Shown in pieces: positions 54,078 through 61,613 of a stretch of 64,000 nt of DNA. Below the pieces are notes generated by a model, which was not told where the DNA came from, searched no databases, and saw nothing but the letters and a program-made list of their open reading frames with translations. Origin of the DNA: Patescibacteria group bacterium (lineage in GTDB: Bacteria > Patescibacteriota > Minisyncoccia > Minisyncoccales > RBG-13-36-15). The position numbers were made by a program, and so were the translations under genes. The DNA is taken from NCBI GenBank assembly GCA_018609195.1, contig JAHCSE010000001.1, forward strand, positions 9,559 through 73,558, given 5' to 3'. Numbering within the stretch: the stretch's first letter is position 1; every line of letters begins with the position of its first letter.

Positions 54078-54200
54078 TTAAAAACCCGCAGCTCGTTCCA
54101 TGACTTCAGCCACTTGTTCTTTTGTAATGTTTTTTGCTATTTTGATTACACTTTCGCAGCAGGTGCAATCTTTTATATGGATTATAGTTAGCGTTGTCAT
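54078..54200 (-). CDS. 40-aa ORF resembling a truncated HMA domain
   Basis: Own translation: MTTLTIIHIKDCTCCESVIKIAKNITKEQVAEVMERAAGF. May be a gene fragment. Confidence 0.3.
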   Translation of the reverse strand: MTTLTIIHIKDCTCCESVIKIAKNITKEQVAEVMERAAGF

Positions 54201-54235
54201 AATATGTGTTTAATTAGTTATTATTTTTCTATACA

Positions 54236-55357
54236 TTACCTTACTGAAGTATATTCTCCGAGCAGACCTTTTTTCGATAATACTATCTGCCATTGCTGGG
54301 CTTTTCGAGCCCGGAAGGATCCTGCAGCCGAGAGAAGATAGTATTTCCACATTCGATAAAATCTATCCCCATATTTAGTGCGCAATTCATTCCAGTGCGA
54401 ATTAAAGTTGTCCCACCAGTGCATAAGAGTCGTATCGTAGTGAGTACCAAAGCTATGCCAGTCCTCAAGAACAAACAGCCCTTCCGCTGCCTTTGCGATC
54501 TGTTTGTATGACGGAAGCATTGTATTCGGAAAAATATATTTCAAATACCACGGATCCAATCCAATTGAGGACGTACTAACACCTCCTGCGTCTAAGAGAA
54601 AAAGTCCATCATCGCTAAGCATGGAGTGAACCTTTTCCATGTAGAGTCGGTAATTTTTGTATCCGACATGCTCAAACATCCCTAACGAAACAATATGGTC
54701 AAACGTTCCATCAATATCACGATAATCCTGTAGACGAGTTTCTGTCGGCAAATCACCGCGCTGTGCGTTCGCATAGTCCGCCTGCTCTTTCGACACCGTA
54801 ATCCCTACACATTGAGCCCCGTAGCGCTCAGCAGCAAAGTTGATAAAGCTGCCCCACCCTGAGCCAATATCGAGAATTCGATCGCCTTTTTGTATTCCAA
54901 GTTTCCTGCACGTAAGGTCGAGTTTTAATTCCTGTGCCTCGTCAAGTGTTTGCGCATTCTTCCAGTACCCACATGTGTAGGTCAGTCGTTTGTCGAGCAT
55001 TGCCTTAAATAAGTCATTGCCAATGTCATAGTGATCTTCTCCAACCTGAAACGCGCGCAAACGCGGCATGTTGATGAGCTTTGCCTTGAGATAATTCCAT
55101 ACCAATACTGGATTTATGCGTGCCTGTTTTTCAAGTCTCGAGCGAAGAACTTTGTTAAAAAATTCATCAAGCTCTTTCACGTCCCACCAGCCGTCCATAT
55201 ACGACTCACCAAGCCCGAGAGAGCCCTGGCTTAGGACACGACCGTAGAATTTCTCGTTGTGCACTTGAATATCCCATGGTCGATCGCCATTGATTGTAAT
55301 ACCTGCCTCCGAAGCTAATTGTTCAATAACTACTTTAGGTGTAAACGGCATATTCAA
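54236..55357 (-). CDS. cfa: cyclopropane-fatty-acyl-phospholipid synthase
   Basis: 373 aa, colinear with classic Cfa (GSLGLGESYMDGWWD, VLDIGSGWG, GMFEHVG, YDTTLMHW). Visibly GC-richer than its neighbours. Confidence 0.88.
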   Translation of the reverse strand: MNMPFTPKVVIEQLASEAGITINGDRPWDIQVHNEKFYGRVLSQGSLGLGESYMDGWWDVKELDEFFNKVLRSRLEKQARINPVLVWNYLKAKLINMPRLRAFQVGEDHYDIGNDLFKAMLDKRLTYTCGYWKNAQTLDEAQELKLDLTCRKLGIQKGDRILDIGSGWGSFINFAAERYGAQCVGITVSKEQADYANAQRGDLPTETRLQDYRDIDGTFDHIVSLGMFEHVGYKNYRLYMEKVHSMLSDDGLFLLDAGGVSTSSIGLDPWYLKYIFPNTMLPSYKQIAKAAEGLFVLEDWHSFGTHYDTTLMHWWDNFNSHWNELRTKYGDRFYRMWKYYLLSAAGSFRARKAQQWQIVLSKKGLLGEYTSVR

Positions 55358-55386
55358 TTATTTTTCTACAAACGTTAGAAAGATTA

Positions 55387-56214
55387 CTACATTCCCCATA
55401 TAAAGAATATAGCAAACATCCACATACTTGTTAAGACTAATATTCCGCCTGCGACCTTTTTCATTGTTTCTGTTTTTCCAATCATTGTTTTGAAAAACGT
55501 GTGCTTTCCCTGCCCGATAAATACGGTAACTGCAATAAGAAATAATGCTTGAGCAAGACTAAAAATCAGAAAGCTTGAAATACTGACTAAAAATTCTCCA
55601 CCCACAAGAGGGAAGAATACCAATGGTAAAAAGATGGGCAAGAAACACATCAATCCTCCAGCCCCATATACAATGCCAAAGCCAAAAAGATTAACGCTTT
55701 GTGAACGCCCACGACTCATTTTATTAACTTTATCTCTGAAGGAAGAAAGAAAATTAATATTGATAGATTTGCCACGCAAAAAAGCAATGCCGATAAACAA
55801 AATGAGAATTGCAACGGCAAATTTCAATTGGCTAGCATAGGAAGCCAGAAATGTCCCGATAGTCGCAAAAAGTAAACCAAGGACAATAAAGAAGCTGAAT
55901 ACACCGAGTGAGGCAATAATGCCAAGCTTGATACTTCTTTTAATTGGCGAGTGTTTTTCTTCTCCCTCGTCCATTCCAAGATAAAAAGACATATAAGCCG
56001 GAAGCACTCCTAAGGAACAGGGTCCAAAATTCACAATAAGCCCGGCAATGAAAGCAAAGCCCAAAATACCAAGCGTGCTAAAGGCAGCAAGATTGCTTGT
56101 CTGGGGAATAATAATCCCATACAGAACTTTCCAGCCAAAGATACTGGCAACCACAAAAATAGTAAGTGCTGCCAATATCCAAATGCTATAAGTTACTATT
56201 TTTGACTTAATCAT
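55387..56214 (-). CDS. CcdA/DsbD-like thiol-disulfide transporter paralog
   Basis: NFGPCSLGVLPAYMSFY motif. Start set at MIKSKIV (4 nt after the stop of the upstream gene) rather than the track's 56286. Confidence 0.68.
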   Translation of the reverse strand: MIKSKIVTYSIWILAALTIFVVASIFGWKVLYGIIIPQTSNLAAFSTLGILGFAFIAGLIVNFGPCSLGVLPAYMSFYLGMDEGEEKHSPIKRSIKLGIIASLGVFSFFIVLGLLFATIGTFLASYASQLKFAVAILILFIGIAFLRGKSININFLSSFRDKVNKMSRGRSQSVNLFGFGIVYGAGGLMCFLPIFLPLVFFPLVGGEFLVSISSFLIFSLAQALFLIAVTVFIGQGKHTFFKTMIGKTETMKKVAGGILVLTSMWMFAIFFIWGM

Positions 56215-56218
56215 AAAA

Positions 56219-57076
56219 TTAAGGAAAAAGAATTTTTGTAAATGGAGTGATGAAAACAGAAGAAAGAATAAGGAAAATTCCGACAATAAGAAGTAGAACG
56301 CCGCTTACTCTTTTGATAGCAACGGTTGATTGGCGAAGACTTTGGAGTAAAGTTTCTTTGGAAAAAGCAATGAGCAGTGATACAACAATCATCAGAAGTG
56401 CCATTACTAATGAATAAACCACAAAAGCCAGAAACGCATCTGAGAAGCCACCTTGAGATAGTGCAAATACAATGAGCCCACCCATGATTGGGCCTCCACA
56501 ACCGATACCAAGTAGTGGATAGCCAAAACCATAGCCATAGAGTTTTCCAAATCCCGCTTGTTTTTCTTCCGGCAATGATTTCGGATGCCATAAATGCCCT
56601 AATCTCCCAAAAGGATTCCCTCTCCCTGTGGCGTGGCTAAAACCAAGATACAGAAGAAACACTCCTACAATGCCACGCAGCCATCTTACTGGTATGCTTG
56701 GGTTTTCTCCTGCAAGCCCTAATGATTTCCCAAAACCAGCTCCTAAAATACCAATGCCAATACCGAGTAAAAGATTAAAGGTGATAAGACCTAATGCTGC
56801 TGCTAATCCAGAGAGGAGTAGTTTCGTTGCTGACTTTTTACTTTCACCTTCTTTTGTTGTGTAGTATTGAGCAAAGTAGGCAGGAAGCAATGGAAAAGCA
56901 CAAGGGTTAAAGAAACTTGCCACTCCTGCAACTACCGCAACAAATAGTAACCCAAAAGCAGCACCTCCCTTCATTATGTTGATAACAAACCAGATAAATA
57001 ACCCATACCCGCCTGCTACCAAAACAAAAATAATAAAAAAAAGAAAAATGAGCTTGCTCCAATCTTTTAACGACAT
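56219..57076 (-). CDS. CcdA/DsbD-like thiol-disulfide transporter paralog
   Basis: 285 aa; FFNPCAFPLLPAYFAQY and GIGCGGPIMGG. Overlaps ArsR-2. Confidence 0.72.
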   Translation of the reverse strand: MSLKDWSKLIFLFFIIFVLVAGGYGLFIWFVINIMKGGAAFGLLFVAVVAGVASFFNPCAFPLLPAYFAQYYTTKEGESKKSATKLLLSGLAAALGLITFNLLLGIGIGILGAGFGKSLGLAGENPSIPVRWLRGIVGVFLLYLGFSHATGRGNPFGRLGHLWHPKSLPEEKQAGFGKLYGYGFGYPLLGIGCGGPIMGGLIVFALSQGGFSDAFLAFVVYSLVMALLMIVVSLLIAFSKETLLQSLRQSTVAIKRVSGVLLLIVGIFLILSSVFITPFTKILFP

Positions 57077-57369
57077 AGCTTTTTGCAGAATTTGTTAATA
57101 TGCTTATCCATTAACCCAAGAAGCGGCTTTGTTGTTTCTTTGTTTAGAGTATAAATGCGTTCTTTTCCATTTCTTTCCATGCTTACAAAACCACATTTTT
57201 GAAGCCGTCCTAAGTGATGCGAGACAAGACTTTGCTCATAGCCAAGTTTCTTGGCAATAGCAGTTACATTTAGCTTTCCTTTTCGAAGCAAATGGATAAT
57301 ATCCCACCTTGTTTTATTCCCCAGGGTTTCAAAAAAGATTTTATATGGTTCGCGAATAATTCTCTTCAT
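57067..57369 (-). CDS. ArsR/SmtB-family transcriptional regulator
   Basis: 100 aa; LGNKTRWDIIHLL...QSLVSHHLGRLQKCGFV winged HTH. Confidence 0.82.
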   Translation of the reverse strand: MKRIIREPYKIFFETLGNKTRWDIIHLLRKGKLNVTAIAKKLGYEQSLVSHHLGRLQKCGFVSMERNGKERIYTLNKETTKPLLGLMDKHINKFCKKLCR

Positions 57370-57376
57370 AGTATGA

Positions 57377-57404
57377 ATTATATTTCATATGAAACTTATG
57401 TCAA
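57377..57404 (-). promoter_or_regulatory. consensus promoter of ArsR-2 with palindromic operator; transcript probably leaderless
   Basis: Minus strand TTGACA-taagTTTCATATGAAA-TATAAT. The 12-bp perfect palindrome fills the spacer, and the -10 box ends only 7 nt before the ATG. Confidence 0.65.
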
Positions 57405-57457
57405 GTGTATTTTTCCACAAGAGTTCTCATTGTTTTGTTTTGTATAGAGATATAAAA

Positions 57458-57476
57458 AACCGCCTTCTCGACGATT
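57458..57476 (-). terminator. family terminator, copy e (variant)
   Basis: aaccgccttctcgacgatt. Downstream of 57515..57700. Confidence 0.5.
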
Positions 57477-57514
57477 GATTAAGATTTCAGCCTACCCTGT
57501 TGCTCCCTATTTCT

Positions 57515-57700
57515 TTAGCTCTCTGACTTCTCAAGGAAAGCAGGTTCTTTCACAGCGTGCTCGGTAATCTCAAGGTTACAGCTTTTGTGTTCCAAGCACC
57601 AAGCCTCGCATTTCTCTGCCCACTCTTTTTCTCTATAAGTAAAACCGCACTCTCTGCACTGGTAATACGTTTTATTGTTTTGAGTAATAACTTTTGGCAT
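57515..57700 (-). CDS. Cys-rich zinc-ribbon protein (61 aa)
   Basis: YYQCRECGFTYREKEWAEKCEAWCLEHKSCNLEI. Paralog of 52897..53064. Confidence 0.65.
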   Translation of the reverse strand: MPKVITQNNKTYYQCRECGFTYREKEWAEKCEAWCLEHKSCNLEITEHAVKEPAFLEKSES

Positions 57701-57729
57701 AAATCACTTATATAAAAAGCAAAAGTAAA

Positions 57730-58107
57730 TTATTCATTACTTCTTCTCCAAAATCTAAAATTTTCTGGCCAGGCACTAATCGCTAAAGCCAAGGCTGCAG
57801 TAAATAATCCAATATCGCGAACTGTAATTGTATTAATACCAGAGACTGTAAGAACGGTGACTAAGTGCAAAGCTCCAAGAAGTGCTGCTAACCAAGTGAA
57901 GTAATCTATTAAAAGCAAAGCACCAATAATAATATCAAAAAGGGCTGTTCCAATCATTACTCCTTTTAAGGAGATTGGTAAAAGATTAGCTGCCCAGGGT
58001 TGCACGTAGCCTCCCCACCCTACTGGGTCCCGTAAAATGAGAATGCCAATCCACAAGAAAGTAATGGCCATTCCCACTCGTAATATGTGAAATGCACTTG
58101 ATTTCAT
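57730..58107 (-). CDS. DoxX-like 4-TM membrane protein
   Basis: 125 aa; ILRVGMAITFLWIGILIL N-terminus and four hydrophobic helices. Confidence 0.5.
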   Translation of the reverse strand: MKSSAFHILRVGMAITFLWIGILILRDPVGWGGYVQPWAANLLPISLKGVMIGTALFDIIIGALLLIDYFTWLAALLGALHLVTVLTVSGINTITVRDIGLFTAALALAISAWPENFRFWRRSNE

Positions 58108-58175
58108 AAATAATACTAGATTTTAAAGAATATGAACTTTATCTTCGATAAAGACCGTATAATTTTCGTTTCGCT

Positions 58176-58589
58176 TCAAATTATAAGCTCGCTAATTAAT
58201 ACAATAAGTCCCATAGCAAAAACGGTAAAGGCAGACAGTACACACCAAAAACACCAAGCTTTGATAACCCGCCATTGAAGATAGGTCAAAATGATTGATA
58301 TAACTACTCCAGCTCCAATAAGAATCTTTACCAACATATCCCAAAAGATCAGTGGTTCAACCCCAATTATCAAAAAAGCAGTGAAAAGGGAAATTAAAAC
58401 ATAAAATGTAAATCCCAAAACTTCATTATGAATACCAATAATTTTATTGTACTTACTTCCCAAGACTTCATAGCACTCCTCGCCGAAAATACAGACAGGT
58501 TCCTCTTTTGCTATTCTTTTACGAATTAAATAAACTGTCTCTGAAATACCTATGGCGGCGAGTGTGAAAAGAAGGGCATGTGGAGTCAT
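58176..58589 (-). CDS. vitamin K epoxide reductase (VKOR) family protein
   Basis: 137 aa; loop Cys pair (PVCIFGEEC) and a TM CxxC (AWCFWCV). Confidence 0.68.
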   Translation of the reverse strand: MTPHALLFTLAAIGISETVYLIRKRIAKEEPVCIFGEECYEVLGSKYNKIIGIHNEVLGFTFYVLISLFTAFLIIGVEPLIFWDMLVKILIGAGVVISIILTYLQWRVIKAWCFWCVLSAFTVFAMGLIVLISELII

Positions 58590-58594
58590 GGTTG

Positions 58595-58810
58595 TTATTT
58601 TCGCTCTTGATCACGGTGGATGAGCGTCCCTACACCAAAGGCAATGGAAACAAGTAATAATGTTATTGCGTCATTGTAAAAATCTCCTTGAGACAATCCA
58701 AGAAAAGTGCCATACGTTCTCACAATCCAAGCGCCAAAGAGCGATAATATGCCTAAAATTCCAGAAATCATGGCAACGTGGTGTAAAATTGGTGACCATT
58801 TCATATTCAT
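58595..58810 (-). CDS. small two-TM membrane protein (71 aa)
   Basis: ORF between the SPFH and VKOR genes with two hydrophobic helices. Confidence 0.45.
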   Translation of the reverse strand: MNMKWSPILHHVAMISGILGILSLFGAWIVRTYGTFLGLSQGDFYNDAITLLLVSIAFGVGTLIHRDQERK

Positions 58811-58837
58811 AGAATGTATCTAATAAATTTACGTTTA

Positions 58838-58895
58838 GGCCTGCCTGCCCCGTAGGGAAGCGAAGCTTCTCCTTCGGGGCTTAATCTTACAGGCC
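58838..58895 (-). terminator. nested GC hairpin after the SPFH gene
   Basis: GGCCTG..CCCCG..GGAAGC-GAA-GCTTCTCC..CGGGG..CAGGCC. Contains the GCGAAGC mini-hairpin motif. Confidence 0.5.
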
Positions 58896-58917
58896 ATTTA
58901 TTGTTCAATAGGGTCTC

Positions 58918-59703
58918 CTATTTTTCATTTCCCTCGTTCTTGTTCTCTTCTGGTAATTTTTTGCCAAATCTTTCAAAGGCTCTAAGAATTTCCAAAGGCA
59001 CAGCAAAAATAATCGTATTTGATTTATCAGAGCTTATATCATTGATTGATTGAAGAGTTCTTAAATGAAGGGCTCCCTTAGCCTCAGATAGAGTCCGGGC
59101 AGCTTTTGCCAGATTACCGGAGGCAATTACTTCTCCTGCGGCCTTAATAATTATTGCTCTTTTTTCCCTTTCTGCTTCAGCTTGCTTTCCAATTACCCTC
59201 TTCATTCCTTCTGGTAAAGTTATATCTTTTAATTCCACATTGAGAACTTTAATTCCCCAAGGATCGGTAGCCTTATCTATAATGCTTCTTATGTTTTCTG
59301 AAACCCTGTCTCTTTGAGAAAGGAGGCCATCTAAATCTACTTGACCTACGGCATTTCGCATTGTTGTTTGGGCTAACTGAGAAATGGCAAAGAAAAAATC
59401 CTCTACTTCCAAAACTGCCTTATCAGCTTCTTGGACTTTATAATAGATAACAGCATTAACCCTAACTGAGATATTATCCTTGGTAATTGCCTCCTGATCT
59501 GGTACATCTACCGCCTTTACTCTTAAATCTATTTTTCGATAAAACTGAACAATAGGCAAAACTATTCTCCAGCCAGGTTCCATCAAACCGATATACTTAC
59601 CCAGCATAAACTTAACTCCCTTTTGATACTGATTAATCTGCTTAATGGAGGTTAAAATAATCAAGACAATTATTGCTAAAATTACCCAACCTATATTTGG
59701 CAT
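58918..59703 (-). CDS. SPFH/band-7 (stomatin/slipin-like) protein
   Basis: 261 aa; N-terminal TM helix, KDNISVRVNAVIYYKV, and an EAEREKRAII coiled region. Confidence 0.85.
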   Translation of the reverse strand: MPNIGWVILAIIVLIILTSIKQINQYQKGVKFMLGKYIGLMEPGWRIVLPIVQFYRKIDLRVKAVDVPDQEAITKDNISVRVNAVIYYKVQEADKAVLEVEDFFFAISQLAQTTMRNAVGQVDLDGLLSQRDRVSENIRSIIDKATDPWGIKVLNVELKDITLPEGMKRVIGKQAEAEREKRAIIIKAAGEVIASGNLAKAARTLSEAKGALHLRTLQSINDISSDKSNTIIFAVPLEILRAFERFGKKLPEENKNEGNEK

Positions 59704-59723
59704 ATTTTTTTGAAGTTAATTAA

Positions 59724-60359
59724 TTATTCGACCTTTAAGGAACCCAGCATTCCATTGGCGCGGTGACCAGGGATAGCACAATAATACTCAAAGGTACCTA
59801 GCTTATCGGGTATGAAAGAGACAGTTTTCGATCCAGTACCATAGTAACCACCAGATAGTGAGTAGTTAACTCCTAGTTCATCGATAGTAAAAGTATGGGT
59901 GCCAGAGATGGAAAAGTTAATCTTAAGTTCTTGTCCTTTTTGAACCGTTGCTGAATTTGGAATAAACGCAAAGTTGCGTGCCGTCATTGAAATCTCTTTA
60001 GTTGGAAGTGGCTCAGGAGTAGGTTCAGGTTCAGGGGTTGGCTCAGGCTCTGGAGTAGGTTCTTGCATAGGTTCAGGTTCAGACTCTGGTTCTGGGGTTG
60101 GTTCGGGTGTAATCATCTGTTCTTCTGTCAGTGCTGGAGCGATTGCCTCTTCTTCATCTGGGAGAGACACCTCCTCGGGTGGACTAGGAATTTGTTCTCC
60201 TGGGGCGACTTTTTCTGGTGCTAGAGGCCCGGTTGGAGTTGGAGTTGGGGCTTGATAACCTCCTTTTAAAATAAAATATCCACCCACAATGACTGCAAAC
60301 GCCACCGCTGCAATAATAATACCCCACGTTACTTTATCCATATATTCCCTACCTTTCAA
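59724..60359 (-). CDS. membrane-anchored cupredoxin with Pro/Glu/Thr-rich linker
   Basis: C-terminal domain with GTHTF...YYCAIPGHRANGM type-1 Cu ligands. The true start may be MDKVTW (ATG ending at 60341). Confidence 0.75.
   Translation of the reverse strand: MKGREYMDKVTWGIIIAAVAFAVIVGGYFILKGGYQAPTPTPTGPLAPEKVAPGEQIPSPPEEVSLPDEEEAIAPALTEEQMITPEPTPEPESEPEPMQEPTPEPEPTPEPEPTPEPLPTKEISMTARNFAFIPNSATVQKGQELKINFSISGTHTFTIDELGVNYSLSGGYYGTGSKTVSFIPDKLGTFEYYCAIPGHRANGMLGSLKVE
60007..60108 (-). repeat. coding tandem repeat (PEPTPEPEP linker)
   Basis: ggttcaggt/ggctcaggc-type 6- to 9-nt periodicity encoding (T/E)PEP repeats. Confidence 0.7.
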
Positions 60360-60891
60360 TAAATTCTTTTATTTTATCTTCATCAAAACCATCTAAAATT
60401 TCTCTTTTGTTAAGCTTGGTTAAGATAATTTTCCCATCATAATTATTGGGAGCTAAATAAACATTGTCTGGGTATTGTTTTACTAAAGCTGTGATCTTTT
60501 CTATTAAACCTAATTTACACTTAAACTTATCACAGTTGTATTGAATGATAACTCCTGGTTTGCCTCTGCCATCGGCATGCTCTAACATGTGTTTTTGGAT
60601 GACTTCTGGTATAGGTTGCGAAAGAATGTGAGCTGGGGGTATTGCTTCTGAATGATTAAGGAGTGTCGTTGGAGGTAAATCAGGACTGCTGGTTAAAAAC
60701 CATCCTAAACCAAAAATTCCTCCTCCTATCACCAAGACAATTAAGCTTAAATTTAGTGTCTTTTTAAATCGCAGTCTCCGTCTTCCCCCCTCTTGTTCTT
60801 TTTGTCTAAGTTTTCTTTTGAGAAGTCGACGCTCTTTTTTTGTCAGTTGTTGATCCTCAACGAGAACCTTGTTTTTCTCTAATTCCTCCAT
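60349..60891 (-). CDS. membrane-anchored DUF3105-like protein
   Basis: 180 aa; basic N-terminus plus a TM helix; HMLEHADGRGKPGVIIQYNCDKFKC core. Family assignment is tentative. Confidence 0.4.
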   Translation of the reverse strand: MEELEKNKVLVEDQQLTKKERRLLKRKLRQKEQEGGRRRLRFKKTLNLSLIVLVIGGGIFGLGWFLTSSPDLPPTTLLNHSEAIPPAHILSQPIPEVIQKHMLEHADGRGKPGVIIQYNCDKFKCKLGLIEKITALVKQYPDNVYLAPNNYDGKIILTKLNKREILDGFDEDKIKEFIER

Positions 60892-60917
60892 TTTCCTTTA
60901 AGTAAAACCGGATCCTT

Positions 60918-61613
60918 TTATTTCAGATCAGCCAATGCCTGATCTACTGCGGCCTTGAAGGTTGAGTAAGGAACTGCTCCAGGAATGGATCGCCCATTTA
61001 CAAAACTTCCCGGAGTCCCTCTTACTCCTGTCTTTATCCCCTCTTGATAATCAGCGGCTACCTTATCTTTGTATTTTCTGGAAGAAAAACAACTATTAAA
61101 CTGATCTATATTAAGCCCGAGATTTCCTGCTAATTCTTGATAAAGTGCTTTTCCCAATCTGGATTGATTTTCAAATGCGCCATCTACAAACTGCCAAAAT
61201 CCATCATTTCCCGTTTGTTCCCAGACGCACTCGGATGCTTCAGCTGCAGGGGTTGCCTGAGGATGAATTTGGTCTAAAGGAAAGTGCTTGTACACCCAAC
61301 GGACTTGACCGGAATACTCTGCCAAAATCTGCTTCAGAGTGGGATGAAGTCTATCGCAAAATGGACACTCAAGATCAGAATATTCAACAATAGTTACGGG
61401 GGCCTCAAAATCTCCTCGGATATGATCTTTCTCGGAAATAGTAAGCGTTCCTCCTGGACTTCCTTTTTGAGACTCTGTTTGAGAAATATCAGCCTGCGAT
61501 TTTTGAGTTAATCCAGTGGATTGTTGAGGGCTTTTTGTATAAATCAAAGCTCCAACAATCAGTAAAGCACCTACAATTATTGAGACTGGTAAATATAATT
61601 TTTCTCCTCTCAT
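60918..61613 (-). CDS. DsbA-family thiol:disulfide oxidoreductase
   Basis: YSDLECPFCDRLHP CxxC, GTPGSFVNG cis-Pro loop, N-terminal TM helix. Confidence 0.82.
   Translation of the reverse strand: MRGEKLYLPVSIIVGALLIVGALIYTKSPQQSTGLTQKSQADISQTESQKGSPGGTLTISEKDHIRGDFEAPVTIVEYSDLECPFCDRLHPTLKQILAEYSGQVRWVYKHFPLDQIHPQATPAAEASECVWEQTGNDGFWQFVDGAFENQSRLGKALYQELAGNLGLNIDQFNSCFSSRKYKDKVAADYQEGIKTGVRGTPGSFVNGRSIPGAVPYSTFKAAVDQALADLK

Noticed and set aside
59733-59741. Ninth AAAGGTCGA occurrence at the end of the cupredoxin gene
   Set aside because: It encodes the C-terminal LKVE* of the protein and is not upstream of a start codon. It was excluded from the motif count.
59974-60255. Plus-strand ORF encoding GSGVGSGSGV repeats
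   Set aside because: It is the antisense strand of the PEPTPEPEP linker of the cupredoxin gene and is low-complexity sequence.
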